From Octopus sinensis (lineage: Eukaryota), in assembly GCF_006345805.1 (NCBI RefSeq), contig NW_021835464.1, forward strand, positions 6,290 to 70,289: a stretch of DNA of 64,000 bases, written 5' to 3'. Numbering within the stretch: the stretch's first letter is position 1; each line of letters begins with the position of its first letter. The notes under the pieces are model-generated. The model ran no database searches and was not told where the DNA came from. It worked only from the letters and a program-made list of their open reading frames with translations. The position numbers were made by a program, and so were the translations under genes. Positions 27,981 through 41,525 of this stretch are shown one piece after another.

Positions 27981-29269
27981 ATATATATATGAGCATGTAT
28001 GTATATATGTATGTATAAAATATATATATATATTTATAGGCATGTATGCATATATGTATGTATGTATATATAATATATATATATATACATATATACATGT
28101 ATATATATATATATATGTGCGTGTGTGTGTGTGTGTAGACAGTTTAAATAAAAATTAAGAAAAAGCAAACGAACATGATGACGTGCACGAGAAATTTAAA
28201 CGCTTGACGCTTGGTGAAAGGAGAGTTTGACTTTTCGCGCATAGCTCTTTTGGTCGCAAAGAGAAAGCGAGAACCCAAAGATAGTGAAGAAATCGTCAGT
28301 GGCACACGCGTATTTACGTTCTTGAATTGAGCAGAAGTAGAAACATATATATATATATGTGTGTGGGTCTGTGTGTATATCTATTCATCTATCTGTCTGT
28401 CTATTAATCTATCTATCTATGTACGTGTATGCGTGTGTATCTGCGTGTGTATCTGTGTGTCGGTGTGTGTGTGTTTGTGTGTCTGTGCGTGTATGAATGT
28501 ACGTATACTTAAGTCTATTTCTATATATGTATATATGTTTCCATCACTCTCTCTGTGTCTCTGACATGTTAGAGAACAACACTGATGTAGGAAAGGAAAT
28601 ATATAAAAAATAAGAACAACATGTCGAATTTGGTGCTATATCATGAAACCTTTAAGGATGTATTTGAGATTGTAAAAAAAATTAACCATTCAGCAATCAC
28701 CCTTTCCCTCATCCAATTAGTGTAGTTCTATTAAATCTTTTAATTTTGATGATTTCGCCCGTTAAGACAAGATTACGCTAGAAAGCCCAAACTGTATTTA
28801 TTTAATTGTTTGTAATTAAAAACCAAAATAGATATTTAAAACGATTAAGAATTATATCGCAGATAATGTTAGCAATATAAAGTAAAACGAATACAGATTC
28901 AGGGAGAGAAATTTTGAGAATTCTAATACATTCCAAAGTATTACCATAACAGATCCAAGGCAGAGTTATATGGAAATTTATGAAAATGAGATAATGTGTA
29001 GATAACAAGAAAAAAAAAGACAAGATTATCAATGGAAAGAAACTGAGAATACGTCTAAGGGCATGCAGAAGTAAGATCTAACGAAGAAAGAATGTACAGG
29101 AAGAAGGAAAATGATCGTACTGGAAGGACGTTTGCACGTTTGCTCTAACATAGCTTAAGGAGGATCATTGTGATGAGTGGAAACCGGTCGAATCAAATTA
29201 TACTGAATCCTATCAAATAAACACGTATATAAATATATATGTATGCATGTATACATTTACGTATGTACG

Positions 29270-29300
<31 letters not shown>

Positions 29301-29304
29301 TATT

Positions 29305-29464
29305 TGCTGTGTGGTAAGTAGCTTGCTTACCAACCACAAGGTTCCGGGTTCAGTCCCACTGCGTGCCATCTTCGGCAAATGTCTTCTGCTATAGCCCCTG
29401 GCCGACCAATGCCTTGTGAGTGGATTTGGTAGACGGAAACTGAAAGAAACGTGTCGTATATATG

Positions 29465-29495
<31 letters not shown>

Positions 29496-29697
29496 ATATG
29501 TTTGTGTGTCTGTATTTGTCCCCCTAGCATTGCTTGACAACCGATGCTGGTGTGTTTACGTCCCCGTCACGTAGCGGTTCGGCAAAAGAATAATTACTAG
29601 GCTTACAAAGAATAAGTCCCGGGGACGATTTGCTCGACTAAAGGCGATGCTCCAGCATGGCCGCAATCAAATGACTGAAACAAGTAAAAGAAAAGAA
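29305..29697 (+). mobile_element. SINE family A
   Basis: Head, core and tail match the other copies. Confidence 0.85.
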
Positions 29698-29751
29698 GAA
29701 AGATGAAATATATATAATTATATAGTATATATTATATATATTATTATATAC

Positions 29752-29836
<85 letters not shown>

Positions 29837-29890
29837 ATATATAATATATATAATATACGTTACTTAAAATCAGCAGAAAGATAACAACAG

Positions 29891-29924
29891 CTGTTATTCA
29901 GAGTTTCACGTTCCCGTTCATCTG
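29891..29924 (-). ncRNA. Degenerate hammerhead motif (family H1)
   Basis: CAGATGA-ACG GGAA CGT-GAAAC-TCTGA-ATA-ACAG. Stem II is perfect, but U4 and G16.2 are mutated. Confidence 0.5.
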
Positions 29925-30665
29925 AGGATCATTTGTACGTTCTTCGACAGTTGACGTCACAGTGATGATATGTTATCCAAGAACAAACCCACCAAAATTC
30001 CATCATAGTGGTAAAATACCAAAAATTATGAAGTAATAATGAAAATAAAGGAAGTGAAAAACAAACAGTGCGTCGGCTCATGTTTGGCCTAATGATCCTC
30101 ACGAAATAGAAACCAGCTTCATCACGCGATTTCACAGCAAGGATCACAGAAACAGTGTATGTGTTTGAAGGTGACTAACAGTGTATGTATGAATTTATGC
30201 ATGCGTCTATGTTTGTGTATATGCATGTATGTATGTCATTATTCGGATTTATTTTAAGAATTCTTGCCAGAAGAGAAAGACTCGGTTTCTAACCTAGATC
30301 CATTCCTCGATTATTGGAATTTTACTAACATCAATCAAGTATTTTTTTGCATATATCTGTGGTTATAGTGTTTGAAATCAGTGAATTGGCAGATTTGTAT
30401 GTTTTGTTTTATGTGTATATCCCCGTGCATATAGTTGCGTGTCTAAACATGCTCATATAATCTTTAATGGTAAACCAATTTTCAGTTCTAGTGACGGCTG
30501 AGTCAGTAGACTTCGGCTCAGCATTCTCCTTTCTTGTTTAGAGAAGCTTATTTTTATTTCTCAAGTTTAGTGATTATGCATGTATATATGTACGTAGATA
30601 TGTATGTGTATGTATATATATATATTATATATATATATATATAATATATATATATATTGTGTGTG

Positions 30666-30733
<68 letters not shown>

Positions 30734-30734
30734 T

Positions 30735-30842
30735 TTACAAAACAAACAGATGTATTAGTATAACGCTCAGGAATAGCAAAAGTCTTTTACGTTTCGAGCC
30801 TACACTCTTCTACAGAGAAGGACACAGAAAAAACAAGGAGAG
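30735..30842 (-). mobile_element. Microsatellite-flanked repeat, family H4, with a hammerhead motif at 30783-30820
   Basis: CTGTAGA-A-GAG tgtagg CTC-GAAAC-GTA-AAAGA. Homologous to 32198-32390 and 53570-53775. Confidence 0.7.
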
Positions 30843-30860
30843 ATATATATGTATATATGC

Positions 30861-30893
<33 letters not shown>

Positions 30894-32152
30894 TGTATGT
30901 ATGTATGCGTATGTATGAGCGTAGTCTCCAGCCTTCAGAATAGCATTCAACCGTTTGGGATATATTCCTTTATAGAGACGATATAATATAGAGCAGCATA
31001 ATTTTCCTAGTATTCTCGTTTTAATTTGCAAGATTATTTGATCCTATTTTGCTCCCTGCCTTCTTTTGAAACAGTAGCATTTTTTCGGATGTTATAATTG
31101 GAGAGAAATTTAGCTGCTGCTTCTAGCAGATCCAATGATCGAGAAATCTCCATGTTTGCTCTAGGTGATTAAGTTAAACAAAACGGCAAGTTAATTCTAC
31201 TAATAATACACGAGTTATTTATGTTTTACTTTATTTGTTCCATTCATCTCATCCTCGAAAAAAAAACACGAAATATATTTTACAATGCAACTACGAATGC
31301 TTCAACAGAAAATACAAATTGTTTTAACAAAAAAATAATTCCTCTGTGTTTGTCTATTCGTTTTTACTCTCATTTTTTTTTGTTGCTGTGTTTTTAGTTA
31401 TTTTGGTTAATTTGATTCCCTTGCAGTTGTTTTCGTGTTATGCATCATACATTCATTCTTTAAAAAAAAAAATGTTATTTTTATTTTCTTGTTCACCATT
31501 TCTGCTAGCGCTCCAGAGAAATCGAAACTAACTAGAACTAACTACTGCAAAAAAAGAAACGAAAAACAAGCGGGTCTCTTCAATCACGCTATGTCCGCTT
31601 GGTTGGTTTATTTTACAACTGCGAATAATCCAGCTAGGAGTATACCGCTCTAAACAACAAGCATCACCAACTCCAAAATCGAGCAACTTCTTCACAAGAT
31701 TTCCAACACCACTCACTCTTCTACGCATCACCATCACAACCATCACCACCCTATATAAATTTAACTCTGCTGATGTTACGATTTACGTGTCAGTTATATT
31801 AAAAAGTTTACCTCCTTCTGCAACCTAGTAGCTATCGATCTTAATATTATAAACATGACCAAACATTTACTTCGAAGTCCCTAAAACGTAGTCAAACGTT
31901 ATCAGTTCTATTGTAGTAGTTGCCTGCCATAATAGCAATAAGATAACTTCCATCTACTTCCAGCTGCTTGAATTTCTTTTTGATAAATGTTCTATTTCTT
32001 TCTTATCCGAGTTCGAATACAACCAAGGTCTGCTGGATAGAAAACTATAGCCAAATGGGATGATGTCCTGCTCTCACTCTTTCTTATCTATCTATACATA
32101 TGTATGTATACGTATCACATACACACATATACACACACATTCACATTAATAC

Positions 32153-32197
<45 letters not shown>

Positions 32198-32199
<2 letters not shown>

Positions 32200-32390
32200 A
32201 GGAGAATTTACGAAAAAAGGAAAAAGACGAAGACAGGTGGTGTAGACAACAAACAGATGTATTAGTATAACGCTCAGGAATAGAAAAAGTATTTTACGTT
32301 TCAAGCCTACGCTCTTTTACAGAAAAGGGACACAGAAAAAACAAGGAGAGAAAAAAATGTGTGTAATGCCTAACGACCTATCTTGTATAT
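32198..32390 (-). mobile_element. Family H4 repeat with a degenerate hammerhead at 32290-32327
   Basis: CTGTAAA-A-GAG cgtagg CTT-GAAAC-GTA. Flanked by (AC/TA)n and (TA)n. Confidence 0.7.
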
Positions 32391-32720
32391 ATATATATAT
32401 ATATGCATTTAAGTATCTATACAAAACATGTATGTGAATGTGTGTGTGTGTGTATGTGTGTGCGTATACTTTGAGAATATCTAGAAGCACAAAATTAAAT
32501 GTACAAAACCATAGGATGTAAATATTGGCATGAAAAAATAATGATTTATAGGTCTATCTGTGTGCTTCGAGATATTCCAGAAACGAATCACTCCATGTTC
32601 TCCCGAAAACTTCGAAAATTCAAATGACACCATATACATACATACATACATACATATATATGTGTGTGCGTGTCTGTATTAGTGTCCGTGTGTATGAATC
32701 TATCTATCTATCTATTTATC

Positions 32721-32857
32721 TATGTTTCTGACGAAGAGTTCCGCTCCAAACGTTAAACCGATCTTCTTTTCTTCTTTCCTGAGCGTTCAATAACACTATA
32801 CGTGTTCCACGTCCTCGCGTTATTGTGTTTTCTCTTTGTGTTTTCATGTTTGAATTA

Positions 32858-32865
<8 letters not shown>
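32721..32865 (+). mobile_element. Family H5 repeat with a hammerhead motif at 32724-32758
   Basis: GTTT-CTGACGA-A-GAG ttccg CTC-CAAAC-GTT-AAAC (G12 mutated), followed by ~105 bp and then (TA)n. Confidence 0.7.
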
Positions 32866-32900
<35 letters not shown>

Positions 32901-33402
32901 ACTGAGAATGTGTGTCTGTCTGTGTTCTGTATTACCTCTAAAACTCGATAAGAATCCAACCGATTTCATCCAAATTTTGCACATGCATTACTTAGTGTCC
33001 TTGAGTGCCTAATGCAGACCCGAAGCAATCTTTCTGATTGATTCAGTATTACATATCAAAAAGATGACACTGTTTCACTTTTATTCTTTTACTTTTAATT
33101 CTAAGATCATTTTATTCCTATTACATTTTAAATAAATAATTTATATCCTAATGTGAACAACATTACGCATCGGCAACTCACCGTCTTCGTGGCGTCTTCG
33201 TGTGACAGTAAATGCGTTGACTGACATAATGAGTAGCTGCAGGTGAAACTCTTAACAAAAAACAATGAGCTGGCAGGTCCAAGGTATATAAAACTATACA
33301 TCTACCGTTCAATTACCAGTTGATAATTATCACAGCAGTTGTAAGGTTGCAAGGTATTTACGGTTACGTATTAACCCTTAAATTGACATTTAATACATGG
33401 GC

Positions 33403-33450
<48 letters not shown>

Positions 33451-33491
33451 ACGAAAGAAGGTTTGAAAATGCAATTTAAAAGATGTTTATT

Positions 33492-33534
33492 TACTTAACC
33501 GGTTTCACTCTTTGGAAAAAGATTGTCAAAAGTA
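33492..33534 (-). ncRNA. Degenerate hammerhead motif (family H7)
   Basis: TACTT-TTGACAA-TCTTT ttcc AAAGA gt-GAAAC-CG-GTT-AAGTA, about 60 bp from a (TA)n tract. Confidence 0.5.
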
Positions 33535-34181
33535 ACATATGGAAGTTTGGTTGCGTTAATTATTGGTTGTTGCAAATTGCCACATTACATGTATATATAC
33601 AGTTTTTGGTAACAGGGACATGTTAAGGGCATAAAATAGTACAACAGTATGATGAGAATATTTGAAAAAATGGGCAGAAAAGATTAAAACAAATATATTA
33701 TACATATCAGGGTAATTTCCAGGAGGAAATATCAAAAAATATATATATAAAGAAATTTATCTACAATAATTATTGTGGTATTTACCGTTAAATTAGGAGT
33801 TCGTACATTTGCTTCAATTTGGTTCATTTGTTTATATTTGGCTAACTTATACTGCATGCAAAGGTAATGACATACAACTGCTTACAAAAATAAAGATAGA
33901 TTTATAATTTCTATGTTCATAATTGGAGTCTCACGACAGAAGCAAGATGAAACGTTCTCATGATCGGCAAATGCACGGTGCAGCATGTAAGATGGATCCT
34001 CAATACAGAAGAGAGATGAGACTTTCCCAAGATCTGCAAAGGCACGGTGCTGCACTTAATGCTGAATCATTGAAACAACTTTTTAATGATTTGACAGGTG
34101 TCCAATAGAATAGCTCTCAGAAACAGGACGCGTACAGATTTGTTCTTCACAACTCCTGGAGCTGCTTTCAGATATGATCCA

Positions 34182-34575
34182 TCTCTTTCTTATATCTCTC
34201 TCTATATAAACGGCAGTTTGTCTGTGCGTGTTTCTGTGTGTCTGTTTGCTTGTACCCTCACCCTGACCACGGCTTTCAACCGATTCTGATGAAACTTGAC
34301 ACACACATAGCCCAATGTCATAATTCAAAACTAACTCAGCGAAAATTTTGAAAAGTTCCCCCAGTTCTGAAAAAAATCGATAAATTCGACATGGGGTCGA
34401 GAATCAGAAACACAAACCGCAGACTGTCTAGGGGACGCAACTCCACCTTTTTTAACTAAAAAAAATTTACCATAATTTTTTTCCATCTTTTTGCTATTTT
34501 TGGGCTATAACTCTCTAAAAATGCTTTATAGTTATTTCCCTTACAAACCTGAGCAACGCCGGGCGATACTGCTAG
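34182..34575 (+). mobile_element. Non-autonomous Helitron
   Basis: Starts A|TC and ends gagcaacgccgggcgatactgCTAG|T. It shares its terminal ~65 bp with 24326-24700. Confidence 0.8.
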
Positions 34576-34939
34576 TAAATGATAATTCTGTCCAAATTGG
34601 TGTCTAAACTCAAATTGTCGTTTCTGCAAAGCTTTAAATTTCCAAATGAAACTAATAATATGCATATGTACACATTTATATTTCTGTGTTTTTGTGTCTG
34701 TGTTTGTCACCCCAATCACCATCACTGATTGGAAACCTGTGTTGGTGTGTTTCCGTCACCGTAAAGTTGCGGTTTGGTAAAAGAGCAAAACAAAAATACG
34801 TACAAGGCTTACAACGAAAACGTTCTGGGGTGGATTTCTTCAACTAAAAATACCCATTAGGGCAGTGCCTCAACATAGCTATAATCAAATGACAAAAACG
34901 AGTAAAAGAGTAAAAGAATATATATATATATATATATAT

Positions 34940-35250
34940 AGTTAATCCAAACAAGAAAGCACAAAAAAACACAACAATGCGAGGACGTGGAACAAATATA
35001 GTATTATTGGACGCTCAGAAAGAAGGAGGGTTTAACGTTTCGAGCGGAGCTCTTCGACGGAAACATAGGAGAAGGAAAGATCCAGAGAAGGGAAGACAGA
35101 GGGAAAAAATCGCCAACGGTACACACGAGGTCACAAACACACACACATATATATATATATAGTTAATCCAAACAAGAAAGCACAAAGAAACACAACAACC
35201 CGAGGACGTGGAACAAATATAGTATTATTGGACGCTCAGGAAAGAAGGAA
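34940..35250 (-). mobile_element. Family H5 repeat as 1.4 head-to-tail units, with a hammerhead motif at 35030-35064
   Basis: The segment tagttaatccaaacaagaaagcac..ggacgctcag occurs at ~34940 and ~35160. The motif reads GTTT-CCGTCGA-A-GAG ctccg CTC-GAAAC-GTT-AAAC. Confidence 0.75.
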
Positions 35251-36838
35251 AGAAGTGTACACACACACACAAACACAAACACATGTACTCACTCACTGAG
35301 CTCCTATACACAGAAGCATCTACGCGATGTTTTCTATATCTCCCGAAACTGTGGCACCAGTAATAAATAATATATAAAGGCGTAATGCCGTGTATTATCA
35401 TGGATGGCCGAGAAAGACGAACAAACGTCCTTACAGTTGTCTATAGAATCCCTATTCATCCCGAGATGAAATAATCACTATAATCGATAAAAATATATTA
35501 CTGAAAACCTAGGTTGATGTTATCGATTATAGCTGCATCCGCCTTAATTAGCGTGGCCTAATAATTAACTAATTAAGGACTTCATTTGCTGTCGTGTATG
35601 ACCCATGACTTCGAATCGACATGTGGAATCACTCTCACACGTTCTTCTCTCGCTCTTCTACATCGATATATAGCTACCTGTCTCTGTCTGTCTGTCTTTC
35701 TATCTCGCTTCCTTTCTTCGTGTGTTTCTGCCTGTCTGTCTCTCTGTCTCTCTGTCTGTTTGTCTGTCTTTCTCACTTTCTCTCTGTTTCTCAGCTTGCT
35801 TTGCTACATTTCTGTGTGTGTATGTGTGTGTGTCTGTGTATGTGTTTGTGAGTGTGTGTCTATGTGAATGTCTGTGAGTATGTGTGTCTTTCTGTTAATC
35901 TGTCTCTGTCACTCTTTCTCTTTATTTTTCTCTCTCTTTCACTCGCTCTCTCTTTCTCTATCTATGTAACTTTCTATCTCTTCTATCTCCGAGCGACAAT
36001 CTCATTAGCTCAGAGATTTTCCAGATTTTAAAGTCATTGAAATGTCGAAGTTTGCAAAGCCACCCATCCAACTAGAACGCCAGTCTGCAGAATGTTTGAG
36101 CAGCAGATATTTCTAGAACTCATTATTGACTGACTGGATCGGAGAAAGCTGAATTCCAGTACGTTAATCAACGTCACAACCCAACACCGTGACCGAGAAT
36201 CGAACCACGATCCTACGAATCGTAAGAGCTACAACCTTACCATTAGGCTACATAAATTCCTTTTGTCATGAGTTTGTTCATTAATCTAGTCCTCCATGTA
36301 ATTGCGACCAGAAACAAACACAGTCTCAGTGATGGTGTGCAGCATTTTGTCACAACTATCTTGGGAGTCACTTCTTTGACGCAACTGATTCGACGCTGAC
36401 CTACTTGACCTAGGACGTTTTATTGTTTTCTCCCGTTTTAATCTTTGTATCGTTCTCTATCTAGCATTCTCTGATCCCCTTCTCTCTCTGTCTTTCTCTT
36501 TGTATTTGCGTGTTTCTGCATATTTCTCTCTAAGCGAAAACTCTTTATGAAAATGGTGGTCAATTAACAAATTGTAATGTATCTCTCCGTTTCTCTTCTT
36601 TTCTATCCTTGCTCCTCTCTTTCTCCTTGTCCCTAACTTCTTCTTCTTCTCCTGCTCTTCTCCCTCTCTCCCCTCCCCTGGCATCTCCTTTGTCTCTTTC
36701 TTCTCCTCCTCCTCCCTCTCTCTCTAGTTTTCTGTCTCATTCTCTACGTTTATGCCTGTGACCATATTTCTATATATGTGCTTGTGGACAGGCGCAAGGT
36801 TGTATGAGAATCCTCATCAACAAATAAATTACAAGCAG

Positions 36839-36875
<37 letters not shown>

Positions 36876-37842
36876 CACTCATTCACGCTCTTTCCCAATC
36901 CATCCGTATATCTGTATTCCTGTGTAGGCGCGCATGTATCTGTTTTCAACGATTATGTCGCTAAAGAATGTTGAATATCCAACGGTCTAACCAAACGGTT
37001 AGAGTCCAGGCAGCTACAGCTAATTGTTCCATTTTGGTCAGTCCTCTCACACTTGAGTCAGAAAAATATCGTGGATGAAGCAACTGGATGGAATCAAAAG
37101 CCCCAATTCAAAATTGGCGGGAATTGATCACAGAGCAGTAAGTACTACGAACTTCGAATCACATCCGTTTAGAAGTTCAAACGACTCAACTAATCAACAA
37201 CATTTGTCGCCTTGAAATTATGAATATCATAATATATCGATCTACAATTGTAGTATAATAAACTGATTGTACAAAATTGAACAAAGATGAAAAGCAAATT
37301 TTAGACCAAGATGAAAAGCAAATTTAGAATTGACAGGATTTGAACGCAGAACGTAAAGTGCTTCTGCACAGTTTGTGTCGGTGGTCTAACAGCTCAGGTA
37401 ATCATCAGTAGCTGTCGCCTAGAATTTATAATCGTATCATTTATCAATGTGCGAATGTAGTGTAATAAAGTAATAGCAGAGAATTCATCAGCAATGAGAT
37501 ATGGTGACGCAGATAAAAAAACATAATTGGAGTGAAAAGGTGTATGAGTTCGCATGGAATCGCGTGACACATATTTGACTGTGTGTATGTATGTATGTAT
37601 GTATGTATGTATGTATGTATGTATGTATGTATGTATGTATGTATGTATGTATGCATGTATTATGTATGTATGTATGTATGTATGTATATATGTATATATG
37701 TATGTATGTATATATGTATGTATATGAGTATGTATATATACAAATCTCGGAAAAAAAAGACGGAAATAAGAACAATTGTGGTGTCTGTGTGAGAATTGGA
37801 ACTGCACGTCTAAAATAAAGCAGCAAGAGCATAAACAACAAC

Positions 37843-37897
<55 letters not shown>

Positions 37898-38165
37898 TAA
37901 TAATAATAATGATGATGGTGATACGAAAGGATGGGTGAACGCTGAGCAAACTATATTTAAATGAAGCACATTGCTGTGTTCGGTTTTGAAGCAATTAAAA
38001 CAAAATTGAAAAAACTTTGTTTCGATAAAACAGAGGTTTTTGATTGATGCGAATCAACATTCGAGAATATACGTTTAAATTGAAGAAGAAAATATGGAAG
38101 TGTTAATGTATTCGAAAAGATATTTTGAAACGGTGAGAGCATTAATGCTAAAACTACTACTACTA

Positions 38166-38200
<35 letters not shown>

Positions 38201-38231
38201 ACTACTACTACTACAACTACTGCTGCTGCTG

Positions 38232-38276
<45 letters not shown>

Positions 38277-38659
38277 TACTACCACCACCACCACCACTGC
38301 TGCTGGTGCTGTGACTACTACTATAACTACTACTGCTTCTGCTAGTACACACAGACACACACACACATATATATATACGTGCATGCAGACATATTCTTTT
38401 AGATTTTTTGCAAAAAGCTAGCAGATTCAAGTGCTATCATTTGAAATCTCCGTATACCGGGAGCTAGCAAGTTTATAGGGTCATCAGGTGATAGTGCGCG
38501 CTGTTTCGGGGCCATTTTCTCCACAGCATCTTTGCACATCGATCCCGTTCAGTTTAATGAGGCCCGCTCCCCAGATCAACTGGTTACTAAGTTTCCTTCA
38601 ATGTTCTTCTTGCCATTGCTCGTTGTGTCCTTTTATACAAATCAGTATATTGGTTTCAA

Positions 38660-39065
38660 ATTTTGGCACAAGGCCAGTGATTTCAGGGAGGATGTAATTC
38701 GGTTACCTGGACCCTGTATTTGGTACTTAATTAACGACCCCAAATGATGAAAGGAAAAATTGACCCCGTTGGAATTTTAATTCAGAATGTAAAAACGGAC
38801 GAAATACTGCTACGTATTTTTTCCGGCTTGCAAACGTTTCTTATTTCTTTACTGCCCACAAGGGGCTACACATAGAGGGAACAAACAAGGACAGACACAC
38901 GGATTAAGTCGATCATATCGACTCCAGTGGTTGACTGGTACTTATTTACTCGACCCCGAAGGATGAAAGGCAAAGTCGACCTCGGCGCACTCAGAACGTA
39001 GCGGCAGACGAAATGCCGCTAGGTATTTCGCCCGACGTGCAAACGTTTCTGCCAGCTCGCCGCTT
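38660..39065 (-). mobile_element. Head-to-tail SINE family B copies
   Basis: A full copy at 38841-39065 abuts a 5'-clipped older copy. Confidence 0.8.
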
Positions 39066-39698
39066 TAATATGTATTATTATTAAAAGTGAATCTGCGTGT
39101 TTATCATGCTAATACAGTTCCGCACTGCTATGAACAGCTGGCTAATTTAACAACATATGGTACACGGTTATGAAACTCCAAAACTACCCCATATATCAAT
39201 AACTACTAAATTTTGAACAGATTTTCGAAGCAATTAAAAAGCATTGCTTCATTTGTACTATTTGTTAAGTTCTCACAAGTCGTCCTTTGTTTTAAACAAA
39301 CTCAATAACATTTTATATCCATAAAATTTTCTAAAGCCTAATCAGAACAGCAATACTTTCTCTTGAAAATACCCTCAGCCACAGTAAGTACCACCACTCG
39401 AAGGTACCGAACAGTCTCGGTCTCTTCATAATGTTCATTTTTGGTAGATATGCGTGGAGATTTAGGGAATCGACACGGATATCAGATGGGAAAATCTCCT
39501 TTTCAATTTATAGAGATACCAATATACGTACATCGTGGTTTATGAATTTATATGCATCTTTACATAGGTACCTTTATAAGCGTATATACATATGTGTGTG
39601 TGTGTATGTGTGTGTGTGTGCGCGTGTATCTGTATAGTTACCGTATCGTACATAACATTTATTTGCCTCAGAACTGTATACACACACACACATACACA

Positions 39699-39762
<64 letters not shown>

Positions 39763-40225
39763 CTTACATATAAAACATGGCAAATATTATATTTCTCCTT
39801 AGATTGAAAAATGATCAATCTACTTAATCGATATTCGAACCTTATTGGGTTCTCATCAGTCGTGCATATATCACCTGTATACATACGTATTTGAGTCTAT
39901 GAGAACACACAAACCCACGCGCGTGTATATTTGCATGTATGTATTAACTTCCATACATATATACACACATAAGCGCATTGTTATATTAATAAAGGTAACA
40001 GCATATATATTTCCCACATCTATATGCGTAGTTATTGCCGGCCTTTGATTATATAAGCTGGACTCTTATCCCTATATAATGCAAAGTATGACATATTTTC
40101 ATGTGTATATATGTGTGCATATACACATATATATGGATATATATACATATATATGTATGTGTGTATATGTATATATATGTATGTGTGTATTTGTATATAT
40201 ATATATATATACAGATATATATATG

Positions 40226-40258
<33 letters not shown>

Positions 40259-40673
40259 TCCCTTTTACTTGTATCAGTCATTTGACTGTGGTCATGCTGG
40301 AGTACTGCCTTTAGTCGAGCAAATCGACTCCAGGACTTATTCTTTGGAAGCCTAGTACTTATTCTATCGTTCTTTTTCGCCGAACCGCTAAGTTACGGTG
40401 ACGTAAACACACCAGCATCGATTGTCAAGCGATGTTGGTGGACAAACACAGACACACAAACATATGCACACACACACACACATACAGACATATATATGTA
40501 TACATATATACCTATATACGACGGGCTTTTTTTAGTTTCCGTCTACCAAATTCACTCACAAGGCTTTGGTCGGCCCGAGGCTATAGTAGAAGACACTTGC
40601 CCAAGGTGCAACACAGTAGTAATGAACCCGAAACGATGTGGTTGGTAAGCAAGCTACTTACCACACAGTCACT

Positions 40674-40676
<3 letters not shown>
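40259..40676 (-). mobile_element. SINE family A, full length
   Basis: Consensus match from tail to head. Confidence 0.88.
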
Positions 40677-40734
<58 letters not shown>

Positions 40735-41525
40735 TGTGTGTGTGTGTGTGTGTGGCGAATGTGCAAATACATGTCTATGAAAATACATACGTATACTAAG
40801 TCACTGAAGACTGCATGTATGTAGAGTATATGTATCAACACATTTACATTATATATTCACATGCAACATTAATACACATCTACAACTAAGGAGCTAAACA
40901 TTATGTAGAACTCAGATCTGAGTCAAGTGAATCGTTACTTAGGGGTCTTCCTTTAAATCAAACCATCGAATTTTAAAATGATTTTCTCCTGTGTTCCTGT
41001 ATATATCTAACCCTCGCATCTAGGCCTACATATATGCATGCATACGTGAAACTAAACAATATTAAGAAAGTCTCACCTAATTTCTTAAACTAAATATTAC
41101 CATTTTAAAAGAACTGTAATTACCTTTTATTGAAATTAGGAGAATCTTGAAAGCCGAATTCAACAGATATTTGAGCAGAAACTCCTGAATATGATCTATT
41201 TGTAAAAGTTCAGACACCTGTGCTCCTATACAAATCTAAAATCCAAGCTCTTGTGTTTGCAAACTATAGAATTTTCTCAATAAAGCCAAGAGAAAAAGAT
41301 GTTTTATAAACACATTCTACGAAGTTTAAAATTTTTTAGTTACCTAGAAATTATGTTAAAAACTGCCGTTCAAACCGAAAAGATCCAAAACATCTGTTCA
41401 TTTAAAAATATAAAAAGCTTCCAGTATGTTAAAATAGGTAATAAAATGTAACACTGTAGGACAGACCCTATAGGTCGGTTCAACAAAAAGACTCGCGTAA
41501 ACGGATTATCGGTAACAAAAATCAC

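Noticed and set aside
37041-37145. Strong gtaagt donor near 37139
   Set aside because: All three upstream frames from the nearest good acceptor contain stops, and the sequence resembles decayed SINE.
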